DNA of 64,000 nucleotides, from positions 224 through 64,223 of the forward strand of contig CAILZI010000111.1 in NCBI GenBank assembly GCA_903838675.1, read 5' to 3'. The stretch is from an uncultured Verrucomicrobiota bacterium (lineage in GTDB: Bacteria; Verrucomicrobiota; Verrucomicrobiia; Verrucomicrobiales; Verrucomicrobiaceae). Positions 8,991-17,257 of this stretch are shown here, piece after piece. The notes under the pieces were generated by a model. The model was not told the DNA's origin and searched no databases. It saw nothing but the letters and a program-made list of their open reading frames with translations. The position numbers were made by a program, and so were the translations under genes. Position 1 is the first letter of the stretch; each line of letters begins with the position of its first letter.

Positions 8991-9039
8991 GAAACTGAAA
9001 ACTGAAAACTGGGAACTGAGAATTGAAAACTGGAAATTT
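8991..9039. repeat. Imperfect tandem heptamer array (consensus AAAACTG, about 7 units)
   Basis: gaaactg aaaactg aaaactg ggaactg agaattg aaaactg gaaattt. Confidence 0.8.
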
Positions 9040-9149
9040 AAGAAAGGATGCGCGGAGTGATGGAGGGGTGGGATGATGAACGGCCCGTGATTACGTCACG
9101 GGAGGCACGGTTGGAAACAATTCGTCATGCGGGTTTCCTCATTTCTCAT

Positions 9150-9527
9150 TCACCCGTGGCGGAAGCGCACGTCCTTGATCTTTGCATCGGGCAGCTTCTC
9201 CTGAAGGCGCTTGAGAATTTTCACTTTCTCCTGCATCAGCGCGTGGTGTGCGGTGGGCTGCATGAGACGGACGGTCAGGATGCCGCGCTCAAAGGTGTCC
9301 GGGCGGGTGAGTTTGAAGAGGAATGCACCGACGATCTCCTGCCAGGCGGCGAGGATGTCCTCAAGCTTCACGCGGTTGGCCATGCCGGCCTTGGCCATGA
9401 TCTGCGTGGCGAGGTCTCCCACTCTGAGCGTGGGCAGGTCCATCAGCGGCCCGTCCTCCACGCCGCGCCAGGCCGAGATGAGGCTGTGGCGCCTGCGCAT
9501 GGCGGCGGTGGGCTTGCGTTTGTCCAT
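9150..9527 (-). CDS. DUF721 / DciA-like protein
   Basis: LAAWQEIVG...TRPDTFERGILTV...LKRL...IKDVRFR fits the DUF721 pattern. Confidence 0.7.
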   Translation of the reverse strand: MDKRKPTAAMRRRHSLISAWRGVEDGPLMDLPTLRVGDLATQIMAKAGMANRVKLEDILAAWQEIVGAFLFKLTRPDTFERGILTVRLMQPTAHHALMQEKVKILKRLQEKLPDAKIKDVRFRHG

Positions 9528-9628
9528 GGGCGCATCCTAGACGGCAATTGGCGGGTGCTAAATCGCAATTTTCAAATCTCGCATTCCGCCGGGTCACCGC
9601 TAAAGATGCCCTCCCCCGACCACCCGCC

Positions 9629-10756
9629 ATGTCCGCCGCCCCTCTTCCCACCGACCACACTGACCCGATCAACGCGCAAATCCTCGCCGTGAGCGAAGAC
9701 CGCATCAAAGGCTTCACCCCCACACCGTTTCAGGACATCGCGCAGTTGTCCGGCCTGCCGCTGGAGACGGTGGTGGAGCGCATCCAGGCGATGCTGAAGG
9801 CCGGGGTGATCCGCCGCGTGCGGCAAACCCTGCTGGCCAACAAGCTGGCTGAAGGCGCGCTGGTGGCCTGGAAAGTGCCCACGGAAAAGCTCGATGCCGC
9901 CTTTGAATTCCTCTTCAAGCAGGACCCCTTCAGCGGGCATGTGGTGCTGCGCTCCACAGACCGCGAAGTGAGCGGCAGTGACTACCGCCTGTGGACTACG
10001 CTGAAAGTGCCGCAGGGGTATGATATCAACCAGCATTGCGATGTGCTGGCGAAGCTGATCGGTGCGGAAAGCTACTACACCATGGAAGCGCATGGCATTT
10101 TCGCCCTGGGCGTGGGCCATGTGCGCCGCAAGACGCTGGAGCCCGGCGATAGAGCCGATGTGCCTGCTGTGATGATGACCACCAACATCGCCGAGCTGGA
10201 TGAAGAAGAGTGGAACGTGCTGCTGCATCTCAAGGGAGATCTGAGCGTGGACGAAGTTGGCCCAAATCCATGGGAAGGCCGCGCCAAGGCTGCGGGTGTC
10301 TCGTTTGAGAAATTCTGTGAAGTCGCCAAACAGCTCGACAAAAAAGGCGTCATTGGCCGCTTCTCCACTTTCTTGGAGCACGTGAAGCCCAGCTCCACGG
10401 GCGTGCGCGTGACGCGCTTCAATGCTCTGTTCCACTGGAAGGTGCCCAAAGGCATGGAAGAACGGGCAGGCGGCGAAGTGGGCCGCCACACCATCATGAC
10501 CCACGCCTACTGGCGTGAAGGCGGTGAGCGCTTTGCCAACGTGAACATCATGGGTGTCATCCACGGCACCGACAAAGAGATGGTGCTGGCTCACAAGGCC
10601 GCCATCGACAAGCATCTGGCCGAAGAAGGCATCCCGCTGGAATACACGAATGTGTTCTGGGGCGGCCGCAGCGAAATCAAGCCCAGCGAGATCTCACCGA
10701 TCGTGTTCAAGGAATGGCACGCGAAGTGGAAGGATGTGGCGGGGCCGGTGGTGTGA
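9629..10756 (+). CDS. Fused AhbA-AhbB / NirDL-type siroheme decarboxylase (Lrp/AsnC-like fold, two repeats)
   Basis: Two HTH+Lrp units (PFQDIAQLSGL...AGVIRRV; PWEGRAKAAGVS...KGVIGRF), each followed by a GALVAWKVP / NALFHWKVP segment and an HxxxR motif (GHVVLR, THAYWR). Start moved to ATG 9629. Confidence 0.78.
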   Translation: MSAAPLPTDHTDPINAQILAVSEDRIKGFTPTPFQDIAQLSGLPLETVVERIQAMLKAGVIRRVRQTLLANKLAEGALVAWKVPTEKLDAAFEFLFKQDPFSGHVVLRSTDREVSGSDYRLWTTLKVPQGYDINQHCDVLAKLIGAESYYTMEAHGIFALGVGHVRRKTLEPGDRADVPAVMMTTNIAELDEEEWNVLLHLKGDLSVDEVGPNPWEGRAKAAGVSFEKFCEVAKQLDKKGVIGRFSTFLEHVKPSSTGVRVTRFNALFHWKVPKGMEERAGGEVGRHTIMTHAYWREGGERFANVNIMGVIHGTDKEMVLAHKAAIDKHLAEEGIPLEYTNVFWGGRSEIKPSEISPIVFKEWHAKWKDVAGPVV

Positions 10757-10790
10757 GGAGAATCGATACTGATCGAGTCATGATGCCAGT

Positions 10791-10818
10791 GTGGAACGAA
10801 CTTGAAGGTTCGCTCCAC
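10791..10818. repeat. REP-like hairpin, possibly a bidirectional terminator
   Basis: gtggaacgaac-ttgaag-gttcgctccac: 11-bp arms with one mismatch, between convergent genes. Confidence 0.55.
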
Positions 10819-10858
10819 TGCGGCGTCCTGATGCTGCTTCAGGCAATCTTTCTATGCC

Positions 10859-11446
10859 TCAATCCACAGCATAGACGATGCAAGCAAAGCTGAATGTGGC
10901 ATCCGTCTGCAACTCGCAGCGGCCGGTGCTGTTTTTCATGTCGGTGCGCTCAAACGTAATGATGCCGTGAAAATCAGGCAAAGCGTCAAGCCCCGGAAAG
11001 TCGGTTGTGGTGAAATAGAGATGATCTGGCTGGTAGTCGCTGCGGGTGAAGGGCGGACGCGCAAGAATGGCGCGCAGGCTTGCGGGATCGCAGCGGAAGT
11101 AGGCTTTCACCACATAGTCGGTCCACGCGTCTTCCTGGATGTGCAGATCATGGATTCCGGCAGGTATGTTTCCTGCAAATGCGACTCTGAGCGCCTGGGT
11201 GTCTCTTCCGCCGGTGATGAACAGACTGCCTGCGAGGATGAGAGCTGGCAGCAGCATGGCGCTGCGACGCAACCACACCGGGGAGCGAAAGCGGCGGAAA
11301 ACCCAGCGCACGCACCACTGGCCCAAAAGGACCAACGGCAAGATGATGATGAGGTGGAAGCCGCCCACAAAAGCGTCCCTTGTGGACGCTGCTAACAGGA
11401 CGAACAGCAGCAGGGTGGCCCAAAAGACTGGAAAACGGGGAGGCAA
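10859..11446 (-). CDS. Hypothetical membrane-anchored protein
   Basis: 195-aa ORF with three hydrophobic N-terminal segments and a soluble C-terminal domain; TTG start; no family recognised. Confidence 0.6.
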   Translation of the reverse strand: MPPRFPVFWATLLLFVLLAASTRDAFVGGFHLIIILPLVLLGQWCVRWVFRRFRSPVWLRRSAMLLPALILAGSLFITGGRDTQALRVAFAGNIPAGIHDLHIQEDAWTDYVVKAYFRCDPASLRAILARPPFTRSDYQPDHLYFTTTDFPGLDALPDFHGIITFERTDMKNSTGRCELQTDATFSFACIVYAVD

Positions 11447-11521
11447 GGGACTCGATTAGAGGTTGAGTCGCAGGGTATTTCAAACCGGTTGGTGATGTCC
11501 AACTCTTTAACGTCTCTTGTT

Positions 11522-11573
11522 TTCAAGGAATGGCACGCGAGGTGGAAGGATAAGGTGGGCCGGTGGTGTGAGG
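11522..11573 (+). other. Orphan diverged copy of the 3' end of the ahbAB-like gene
   Basis: 48/53 positions match 10706-10758 (FKEWHA(K/R)WKD...gtgtgagg), with one gap. Confidence 0.85.
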
Positions 11574-11611
11574 GCTCTGGACGTTCGCTGTATCTTTTTA
11601 ATGATGCACGC

Positions 11612-12187
11612 TCATGCACTCTCCAGGCTCCGGGTCATGCGCACCACGGGCAGACTCAAGCCGTCAAGCATCGGTATCTCGTAACGCTCCAGGACGGCAT
11701 AGCCGAATGTGGCGTACAGCGGCTCGCCTGCCAGTGTGGCTACGATGTCCACTCGCTGAAAGCCTGCCGCGATGATCGCCTGCTCACATGCGACCATGAT
11801 GGCACGGCCGATGCCGCGCCGCGCCCAGGCCGGATGCACGAAGAAGGCGCGTACGCGTGCGGCGTCGCGCTGGGGATTGAGCAAGGGGTCTTCGCCAGTT
11901 CGGTGGCCGTCTCCGCCGTAGAGTGAACTGCGGCGGCTCCAGCCACCACAGCCGACAATTACGCCCGCGCTTTCGGCGACGAAGTAGGTGCCGTCGCGAA
12001 TGAGTTGGCGGTCAACGCCGAAGACCGGTCCCAGGGCTGCATCCATCTGGTCCTGAGTGTAGTAGGGGGCCTGCAGGCTGCGGACTGAGAGAGGGATCAG
12101 AGCTTCCAAATCCGGTGCGTCTGACTCAAGAGCCAAGCGAAGCTGCCACGTTTGCGGTGTTGGAGCTGAGTGCGTGGGAGTGGTCAT
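11612..12187 (-). CDS. GNAT-family N-acetyltransferase
   Basis: GTYFVAE...IVGCGGWS...RVRAFFVHPAWARRGIG...ATLAGEPLY acetyl-CoA motif A/B pattern. Confidence 0.9.
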   Translation of the reverse strand: MTTPTHSAPTPQTWQLRLALESDAPDLEALIPLSVRSLQAPYYTQDQMDAALGPVFGVDRQLIRDGTYFVAESAGVIVGCGGWSRRSSLYGGDGHRTGEDPLLNPQRDAARVRAFFVHPAWARRGIGRAIMVACEQAIIAAGFQRVDIVATLAGEPLYATFGYAVLERYEIPMLDGLSLPVVRMTRSLESA

Positions 12188-12199
12188 TCACGGATTGAT

Positions 12200-12285
12200 T
12201 GTAAACGCCCGAGTTGAAGCAAGCCCGAGAGCGGGGTTGGCATGGAGACGGATTTGCGGCGGCCCGCAGCAGCGCTTGCTTAGAC
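12200..12285 (-). other. Possible degenerate integron attC site
   Basis: Minus strand GTCTAAG-CAAGC-GCTGCTGC...GCTTCAAC-TCGGGC-GTTTACA resembles R''-L''...L'-R'. It sits between a stop codon and the next start; core boxes carry mismatches. Confidence 0.3.
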
Positions 12286-12291
12286 CTCAGT

Positions 12292-12714
12292 TCACTTCTT
12301 TCGCTGCCATGGAATCGCAATGGTGACGGAGTAGTATCCGGCACCATTGGGTGAGTCGTCGAGATACAGGACAAAGCCGCAGCAGTTTGGCTCCAGTGCG
12401 ATGACGTCGCGCCCTTTGCGACGGACGATTGTGGCATGGGAGAGATCAAGATTGGCAAACTCACTCCATTGGGTCGGTGTCTTGTCTAGGTCTAGCCAGC
12501 GCTTGCCCTGAAACTTCATGCTCACAGGCTCGGACCAATGGAGGTGTGTCCATTTCACGCGCTCCTTAGTGAAGGTAAACTTGTCGCTGCCGTCAATGAC
12601 TCCAGAGATCGTCAGATATTCATAGGGATCCACCGGAGGCTTGGGGGCAGAGGTGCAGCTGCTGAGCAAAGTGAGCATGAACAAAACGGACAGGAAGGCG
12701 GGCATTGACTTCAT
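12292..12714 (-). CDS. Hypothetical lipoprotein
   Basis: MKSMPAFLSVLFMLTLLSSC lipobox; AT-richer than flanks; start moved to ATG 12714. Confidence 0.65.
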   Translation of the reverse strand: MKSMPAFLSVLFMLTLLSSCTSAPKPPVDPYEYLTISGVIDGSDKFTFTKERVKWTHLHWSEPVSMKFQGKRWLDLDKTPTQWSEFANLDLSHATIVRRKGRDVIALEPNCCGFVLYLDDSPNGAGYYSVTIAIPWQRKK

Positions 12715-12845
12715 GGTATGAAAAATTAGGAGGTAAACGTTGTCTGAGACTATCTGAAACAAGGTTGCCCTTGCCAAACCATTCTTTTGCCAATTCTCAA
12801 CGTGTCCGTGCTGTCAGAGCCTGATGTTAATGGCCAGATGCGTTA

Positions 12846-13925
12846 TCAGTCCGCCTGCCACCCCACCCGCACCTTCTTCGTGCCATCGGCATGCACGGTG
12901 ACCCATGGCTTGGGTGGCAGCGGAGCCTTGCTGGGTGGCGGGGGCTGGGCCTCGGTGAGGAGGGTTGCATCGGAAAAATGGTTGTCGGTTTCGGTGAGGT
13001 CTGTCGCGCCTCCGCCGTTCCAGAAAGAGAATTCTTCGCCTTCCTTGTTCACCCAGTGCACGCGATTGCGTGCGAGGGTGATGTGGTCGCAGGGCTGCTT
13101 GCTCTGGTTCCACACGTACATGCCCAGGCTGGTGACGTTTGATTTCAGGCCGAGGACGTAGTTGTCCTCCACGCGGATGAAATGGCCGCCGGCCACGCCG
13201 ATGCCCATCTGCCCGGCGGAGAGGATGGTGTTCTTGCGGCAGAGGATGTGCGCACCGCCGAAGTCGCCAAGCATGATGCCGGAGCCGTTGGGGCTTTTGT
13301 CCAGGCTGCCGGAGACGGGATCGCCGGTGAGGTAATTGTTTTCGATGAGGATGGGTGACTCGGCGGTGCCGGTGCAATTGAAGAGGTTGATGCAGTCTTC
13401 GGGCAGGCTCTTGCCGCGCTCGTTGATGACGTAGTTGCTGCTGATGGCATTGTTTGCGCCGGTCACGGTGTCGAACTGCGCGGCCTGACCGCGCGGGAAG
13501 GGGCCCTTCACATTGTGCACGAAGTTTCCCTGCACGCGGATGCCATGGCCGCCGACGGCATAGACGCCCGACACCACGTTTTCGATCCGGCAGCCTTCCA
13601 CGATCAGATTCCGGCAACTGCCCGCCTGCACGGCGATGCGCTCGGAATCATGGATCCAGCAATTGCGAATGGTAATGTCCTCGCAGTCGATGAGCTCGAT
13701 GGAGTTCAGGTCACAGGCGGTGATGACGATGCCCTTGCAGCTCTCCAGCTTGATGGAAAGCGGCCCGCCGATTTTCTGCGCATCCAACGTTTCACTGTTG
13801 CGCAGCTCCCAGTTGATGGCGGGTGCTGGCGTGAGTTTGACGGATTCATAGACGACTGCATCGCCCGCGTGTCCCCAGGTGAATGCGGCGAGGGTGAGGA
13901 GAGCGGTAAGGAGTGGTTGTTTCAT
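12846..13925 (-). CDS. Secreted right-handed parallel beta-helix (pectin-lyase-like fold) protein
   Basis: Signal peptide MKQPLLTALLTLAAFTWGHA; repeated I(T/V)I(R/E)N(C/N)xI motifs. Confidence 0.75.
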   Translation of the reverse strand: MKQPLLTALLTLAAFTWGHAGDAVVYESVKLTPAPAINWELRNSETLDAQKIGGPLSIKLESCKGIVITACDLNSIELIDCEDITIRNCWIHDSERIAVQAGSCRNLIVEGCRIENVVSGVYAVGGHGIRVQGNFVHNVKGPFPRGQAAQFDTVTGANNAISSNYVINERGKSLPEDCINLFNCTGTAESPILIENNYLTGDPVSGSLDKSPNGSGIMLGDFGGAHILCRKNTILSAGQMGIGVAGGHFIRVEDNYVLGLKSNVTSLGMYVWNQSKQPCDHITLARNRVHWVNKEGEEFSFWNGGGATDLTETDNHFSDATLLTEAQPPPPSKAPLPPKPWVTVHADGTKKVRVGWQAD

Positions 13926-14001
13926 GGGGTTGGATGGGGGCCAAAATTCAGCACCTGCGAATTCGTTCACCACGGCACATGGTCAAGCGACGTTCGCGAT
14001 T

Positions 14002-14502
14002 TCAATGCCGGTCGTACCATTGCCTGACCTGTTCGCGTGCCCAGGCATGGTGGTGGTTCCAGGCTGCCCAGGTGGACTGACCCCAGGCCTGGGCGCGTGC
14101 TGAGTGGTCTTCGGCATTCTGTGCTTCGAGGACGGAAGCGACGGTCAGCGCACCCACATTGGCCGGGGGGTCCAAAAACGGAAAATCGCGGTAGTCTTGT
14201 TCGCGGGCGTTGTAGAAGGCACGGCCTCCGGCCCGCACCTGGCGGATGCTGGGATTGCCAGCGTGCTCGAGCAGCCAGCACAGGCGCATCAAATGAAAGG
14301 CGTTTGAGCGCGGGCCGCACTGCGCCGAGTGCTGCAGGCAAAAGGCATCGACGGTGTAGAGATGTGCTTCACCAAAGGCCGGGTTGCTGTATTCACGCTC
14401 CAGCACCGCGTTGAACATGGCGCGGCAGCTTCCAAAGCCCTCCAGCAGCATGGCACCACAGCAACTGCACGTCGTCGTGGCTGTTTGGGTTGAGGCTTGC
14501 AT
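14002..14502 (-). CDS. DUF5946-like protein
   Basis: CSCCGA...SCRAMF...HLYTVDAFCLQH...HLMRLC...WAAWNHHH matches my recollection of DUF5946. Confidence 0.6.
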   Translation of the reverse strand: MQASTQTATTTCSCCGAMLLEGFGSCRAMFNAVLEREYSNPAFGEAHLYTVDAFCLQHSAQCGPRSNAFHLMRLCWLLEHAGNPSIRQVRAGGRAFYNAREQDYRDFPFLDPPANVGALTVASVLEAQNAEDHSARAQAWGQSTWAAWNHHHAWAREQVRQWYDRH

Positions 14503-14523
14503 AAGGGATTCAGAATCAGAATT

Positions 14524-14604
14524 CGCTCAATGATCCAGGCTCAGTGAAGGATGCGGACAGCCGGTGAGACAGCCGGAGCCGTTGGTTGCCGCGCATGATG
14601 AGCG
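14524..14604 (-). other. Possible degenerate integron attC site
   Basis: Minus strand CGCTCATC-ATGCG-CGGCAAC...ACTGAGC-CTGGATC-ATTGAGCG; terminal cgctca/tgagcg pair; 81 bp between two co-oriented short genes. The GTT and AAC cores each have one mismatch. Confidence 0.35.
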
Positions 14605-14615
14605 CAGTTCCATGC

Positions 14616-14849
14616 TCATGCAATCTCCTCAAGAAACTCCGCCTCAAGCCGGATATCGTTCATCAAGCCTCCGGAGCGCTGGTCGATTTCATGGCTCACG
14701 TCGAGCACGAACAGGCCATGGCTGTCAATTTCCTCGATGCGATACTTGCGTCCGAGGCAGAACGCAAAGACGCGACGGCTCTCTTCGGGAAGCTGCGCGA
14801 CCCACTCTGGCATTCTGGCGAATTTGACGGTGCTGCCGGGTTGAATCAT
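14616..14849 (-). CDS. Small hypothetical protein (77 aa)
   Basis: Compact ORF with normal composition filling the gap between the SDR gene and the attC-like site. Confidence 0.55.
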   Translation of the reverse strand: MIQPGSTVKFARMPEWVAQLPEESRRVFAFCLGRKYRIEEIDSHGLFVLDVSHEIDQRSGGLMNDIRLEAEFLEEIA

Positions 14850-14903
14850 GGGCTGAAAAGCAGGAAGCGCCCGCTAAAGCACATGCACCGTCCTTTTTCA
14901 ATC

Positions 14904-15617
14904 TCACACCAAAACGCCGCCGCCATCGACGTCGAGGGTGACGCCGGTGATGAAGCCGTTGGTCATCAGCATGAGCGTTGCGGCGGCGATGTCTTCGGCG
15001 GTGCCGACGCGACCGACAGGAAGTTTTGATGCGATGGAAGAGTACATGCCTTCGCGGGCGGCCTCGGGCATGGAGAGGTAGGCGCTGGTGCCGCGCGTCA
15101 TGCCAGGAGAGACGGTGTTGACGCGCACCGGTGCAAGGTCACGCGCCAGAGCGCGGCCCATGGCTTCGACGGCGGCATTGACGCCTGCGAGAACGGCGTC
15201 GTTGTGGCCGGGGCGGCGGGAGAGGATGCCGGAGAAGAAAGTGATCGAGCCGGTGGGGTTCATCTGGGCATACTTGGCGCAGAGGTAAGGCCCAAAGAAT
15301 TTGCTGCGGAAGGTGAACTCACCATCCGCCAGCGGGGCATCCTTGAGTGTGCCTGTGCGGACGGAGCTGCCCGTCACCACCAGATGGTCCACCGGGCCGA
15401 CGGCGGCAAAAAAGTCACGGACCGAGGCCTCGTCTGAGGTGTCGAGCGTTTTGCCTGTGGCACCCAGCTCAGCGGCTGCGGCTGCCACTTTGTCGGCCGA
15501 GCGACTGGCGACGGTCACGTCAGCACCGTGGGCAATGGCCAGCCTGGCAATGGCGAACCCCATGCCAGAGGTGCCGCCGACGACGATGACAGTTTGATGA
15601 GAGAGATCGGAATGCAT
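14904..15617 (-). CDS. Short-chain dehydrogenase/reductase
   Basis: VIVVGGTSGMG Rossmann motif, DHLVVTGS, RVNTVSPG, PVGRVGTAEDIA. The frame stays open upstream to ATG 15830. Confidence 0.92.
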   Translation of the reverse strand: MHSDLSHQTVIVVGGTSGMGFAIARLAIAHGADVTVASRSADKVAAAAAELGATGKTLDTSDEASVRDFFAAVGPVDHLVVTGSSVRTGTLKDAPLADGEFTFRSKFFGPYLCAKYAQMNPTGSITFFSGILSRRPGHNDAVLAGVNAAVEAMGRALARDLAPVRVNTVSPGMTRGTSAYLSMPEAAREGMYSSIASKLPVGRVGTAEDIAAATLMLMTNGFITGVTLDVDGGGVLV

Positions 15618-16134
15618 GAGCTGAGGAATGAACGAGTGCTGCGGCGTGTGGGATGCGGGGAAATGCGAACGCATTGAGTTCAGTGGCGGATGTGAGCGGG
15701 CGCTGCTGTGCATCCTTGCGCCGTGGCCGGGTGGCGGCGGGATGCTGGGCCTGTAGGCCGGGCGCGCCATGAGTTCCTCGGTGATGTCCGTGAGTTGATT
15801 CTGGCCTGATGTGTTTGAGTGTTCGTACATAGCAGTAAGTAGTTTGTATTGGTATTAAAGTTGAGCCTGAAGGCATGCGGGTGCGCAGAGGCGCAGGAGT
15901 GCGCGGCGGCGGGCCGGATGCGTGAGCAAGGCGTGGCGGCAGACCGAGGTGGCGGGTTCATGGACCGCCGTGAGCGGCTGGCCGGATGCCTTGCTCCGCT
16001 GTTCCCCTCAGGCCCCCGCGTTCTGCACGACGAAGCACCTGAGGATGAAGATGTGTCTTGGGCCGGTTTTGAGAATGTCAAAGAGAAAGGTGAGGCGAGG
16101 GGGGGCGTGTGGCCCGGCACATACGGGAGCGCGA

Positions 16135-16288
16135 AGCGTCTTGGAGTGCGGTGACAGAGATGCACGGCGCAAGCCTGCATCGACGACACCGCTTTCGCGA
16201 GATCTTGAGTAATCTGTGGCCTTAAACTGCAGTCCGGCCTGCGAAAGCGGCGTCGCGCCAAGGCTTGCCGCACGCAGTCCAAGACGCT
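16135..16288. repeat. 154-bp nested palindromic REP/MITE-like element
   Basis: Outer arms agcgtcttggagtgcg (16135-16150) and cgcagtccaagacgct (16273-16288); inner arms cgacaccgctttcgc (16184-16198) and gcgaaagcggcgtcg (16241-16255); one mismatch each. Confidence 0.85.
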
Positions 16289-16350
16289 GTCGCGTGGCAC
16301 GAGAGCCCCCCCACCCAAACTCGCGACACTCCGCCTTCTCCAGCTGTCCT

Positions 16351-16947
16351 TCACTCCAATCCTTCTTTCCCCGCATGCAAATTCACAAAGGCCCCATCCA
16401 CCCCCAGCTCCTTCACGCTCCGCCTGGAGCGCAGTTCCCACACGCAGCTCGCGAAGACTTCATATCCCCGCTGCTGCAGCGCCTTGACGAGCCAGGGCGT
16501 CAGCACTACTTGGTTGATCATGCAGCACTGCCAGGGCTGCTGCTTCCACAGCGCCACCAGGGCTGGAAGCAGACCAAAACGCGCCAGACGCGCGGTCGGC
16601 ATCAACTTCCGCACTCTCCGCAAAACGCTGCTTCGATGAGAGGCAAAGATCACCTTCTCCAAGGGGAGATGTGGCGCCAGGTACTTGGCTGCGCGCAGGA
16701 GATCTGCATCGGCATAATTTCCCTTCAAATGAGCGACGAGGCCCATGTCCTCGCGGAGTTCCGCCAGGCAATCGCGCAATTCGGATTTCGAGTTCCACCC
16801 ATGATGCGCGCAGTGGAATCCGCCGTGCGAAGCGCGCACCACGTCGAGCTCCACGAAATTCGCTTGGTGCTGTGCGGCGAGGCGCATCCCGGCAGGGGTA
16901 TTCTGCATTCCCTTTCCCATGCCTCCACGGTGCGCGATGGTTTTCAT
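16351..16947 (-). CDS. Glycerophosphodiester phosphodiesterase-like protein (short, divergent)
   Basis: MKTIAHRGG...QNT...FVELDV...HCAHH...GYEVFA...GVDG resembles the GDPD TIM barrel. Confidence 0.6.
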   Translation of the reverse strand: MKTIAHRGGMGKGMQNTPAGMRLAAQHQANFVELDVVRASHGGFHCAHHGWNSKSELRDCLAELREDMGLVAHLKGNYADADLLRAAKYLAPHLPLEKVIFASHRSSVLRRVRKLMPTARLARFGLLPALVALWKQQPWQCCMINQVVLTPWLVKALQQRGYEVFASCVWELRSRRSVKELGVDGAFVNLHAGKEGLE

Positions 16948-16972
16948 GGCTGAGTATTAAGGATGGCAGGTC

Positions 16973-17257
16973 TCAGCGGTCTCGTCTTGCGAACACCCCC
17001 CAAAGAATGGCAATGCCTGAAAGCGCGGAAAAGGCACCCGCCACCCGCGCTCCGGTTTTCGACACATGTTCAAACTTAGCGTCGGTTCTCGGGGAACCCG
17101 GGCGTGACACAGCCATCTCGGTGGGGTGAATGACCAAGGCTGTGCCAGAGATCAGCAGGAAAGCGCCCAGCAGAACAAGGCCCAGTTCGAATCCAGAGGG
17201 GCGGCGCATGAGGCAAGGTTCCGGTGGTTGATGATGTAGGTCATTCATGCCTGACAT
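16973..17257 (-). CDS. Small two-TM hypothetical protein; start uncertain
   Basis: Two hydrophobic helices (LGLVLLGAFLLISGTALVI; VAGAFSALSGIAILWGVF). Confidence 0.5.
   Translation of the reverse strand: MSGMNDLHHQPPEPCLMRRPSGFELGLVLLGAFLLISGTALVIHPTEMAVSRPGSPRTDAKFEHVSKTGARVAGAFSALSGIAILWGVFARRDR

Noticed and set aside
8991-9039. CRISPR array
   Set aside because: 7-bp units with no spacers; no cas genes in the window.
15940-16050. Canonical cobalamin or guanidine-I riboswitch
   Set aside because: Only scattered motif fragments; the B12 box and the guanidine-I consensus are missing. Kept only as an unclassified structured leader.
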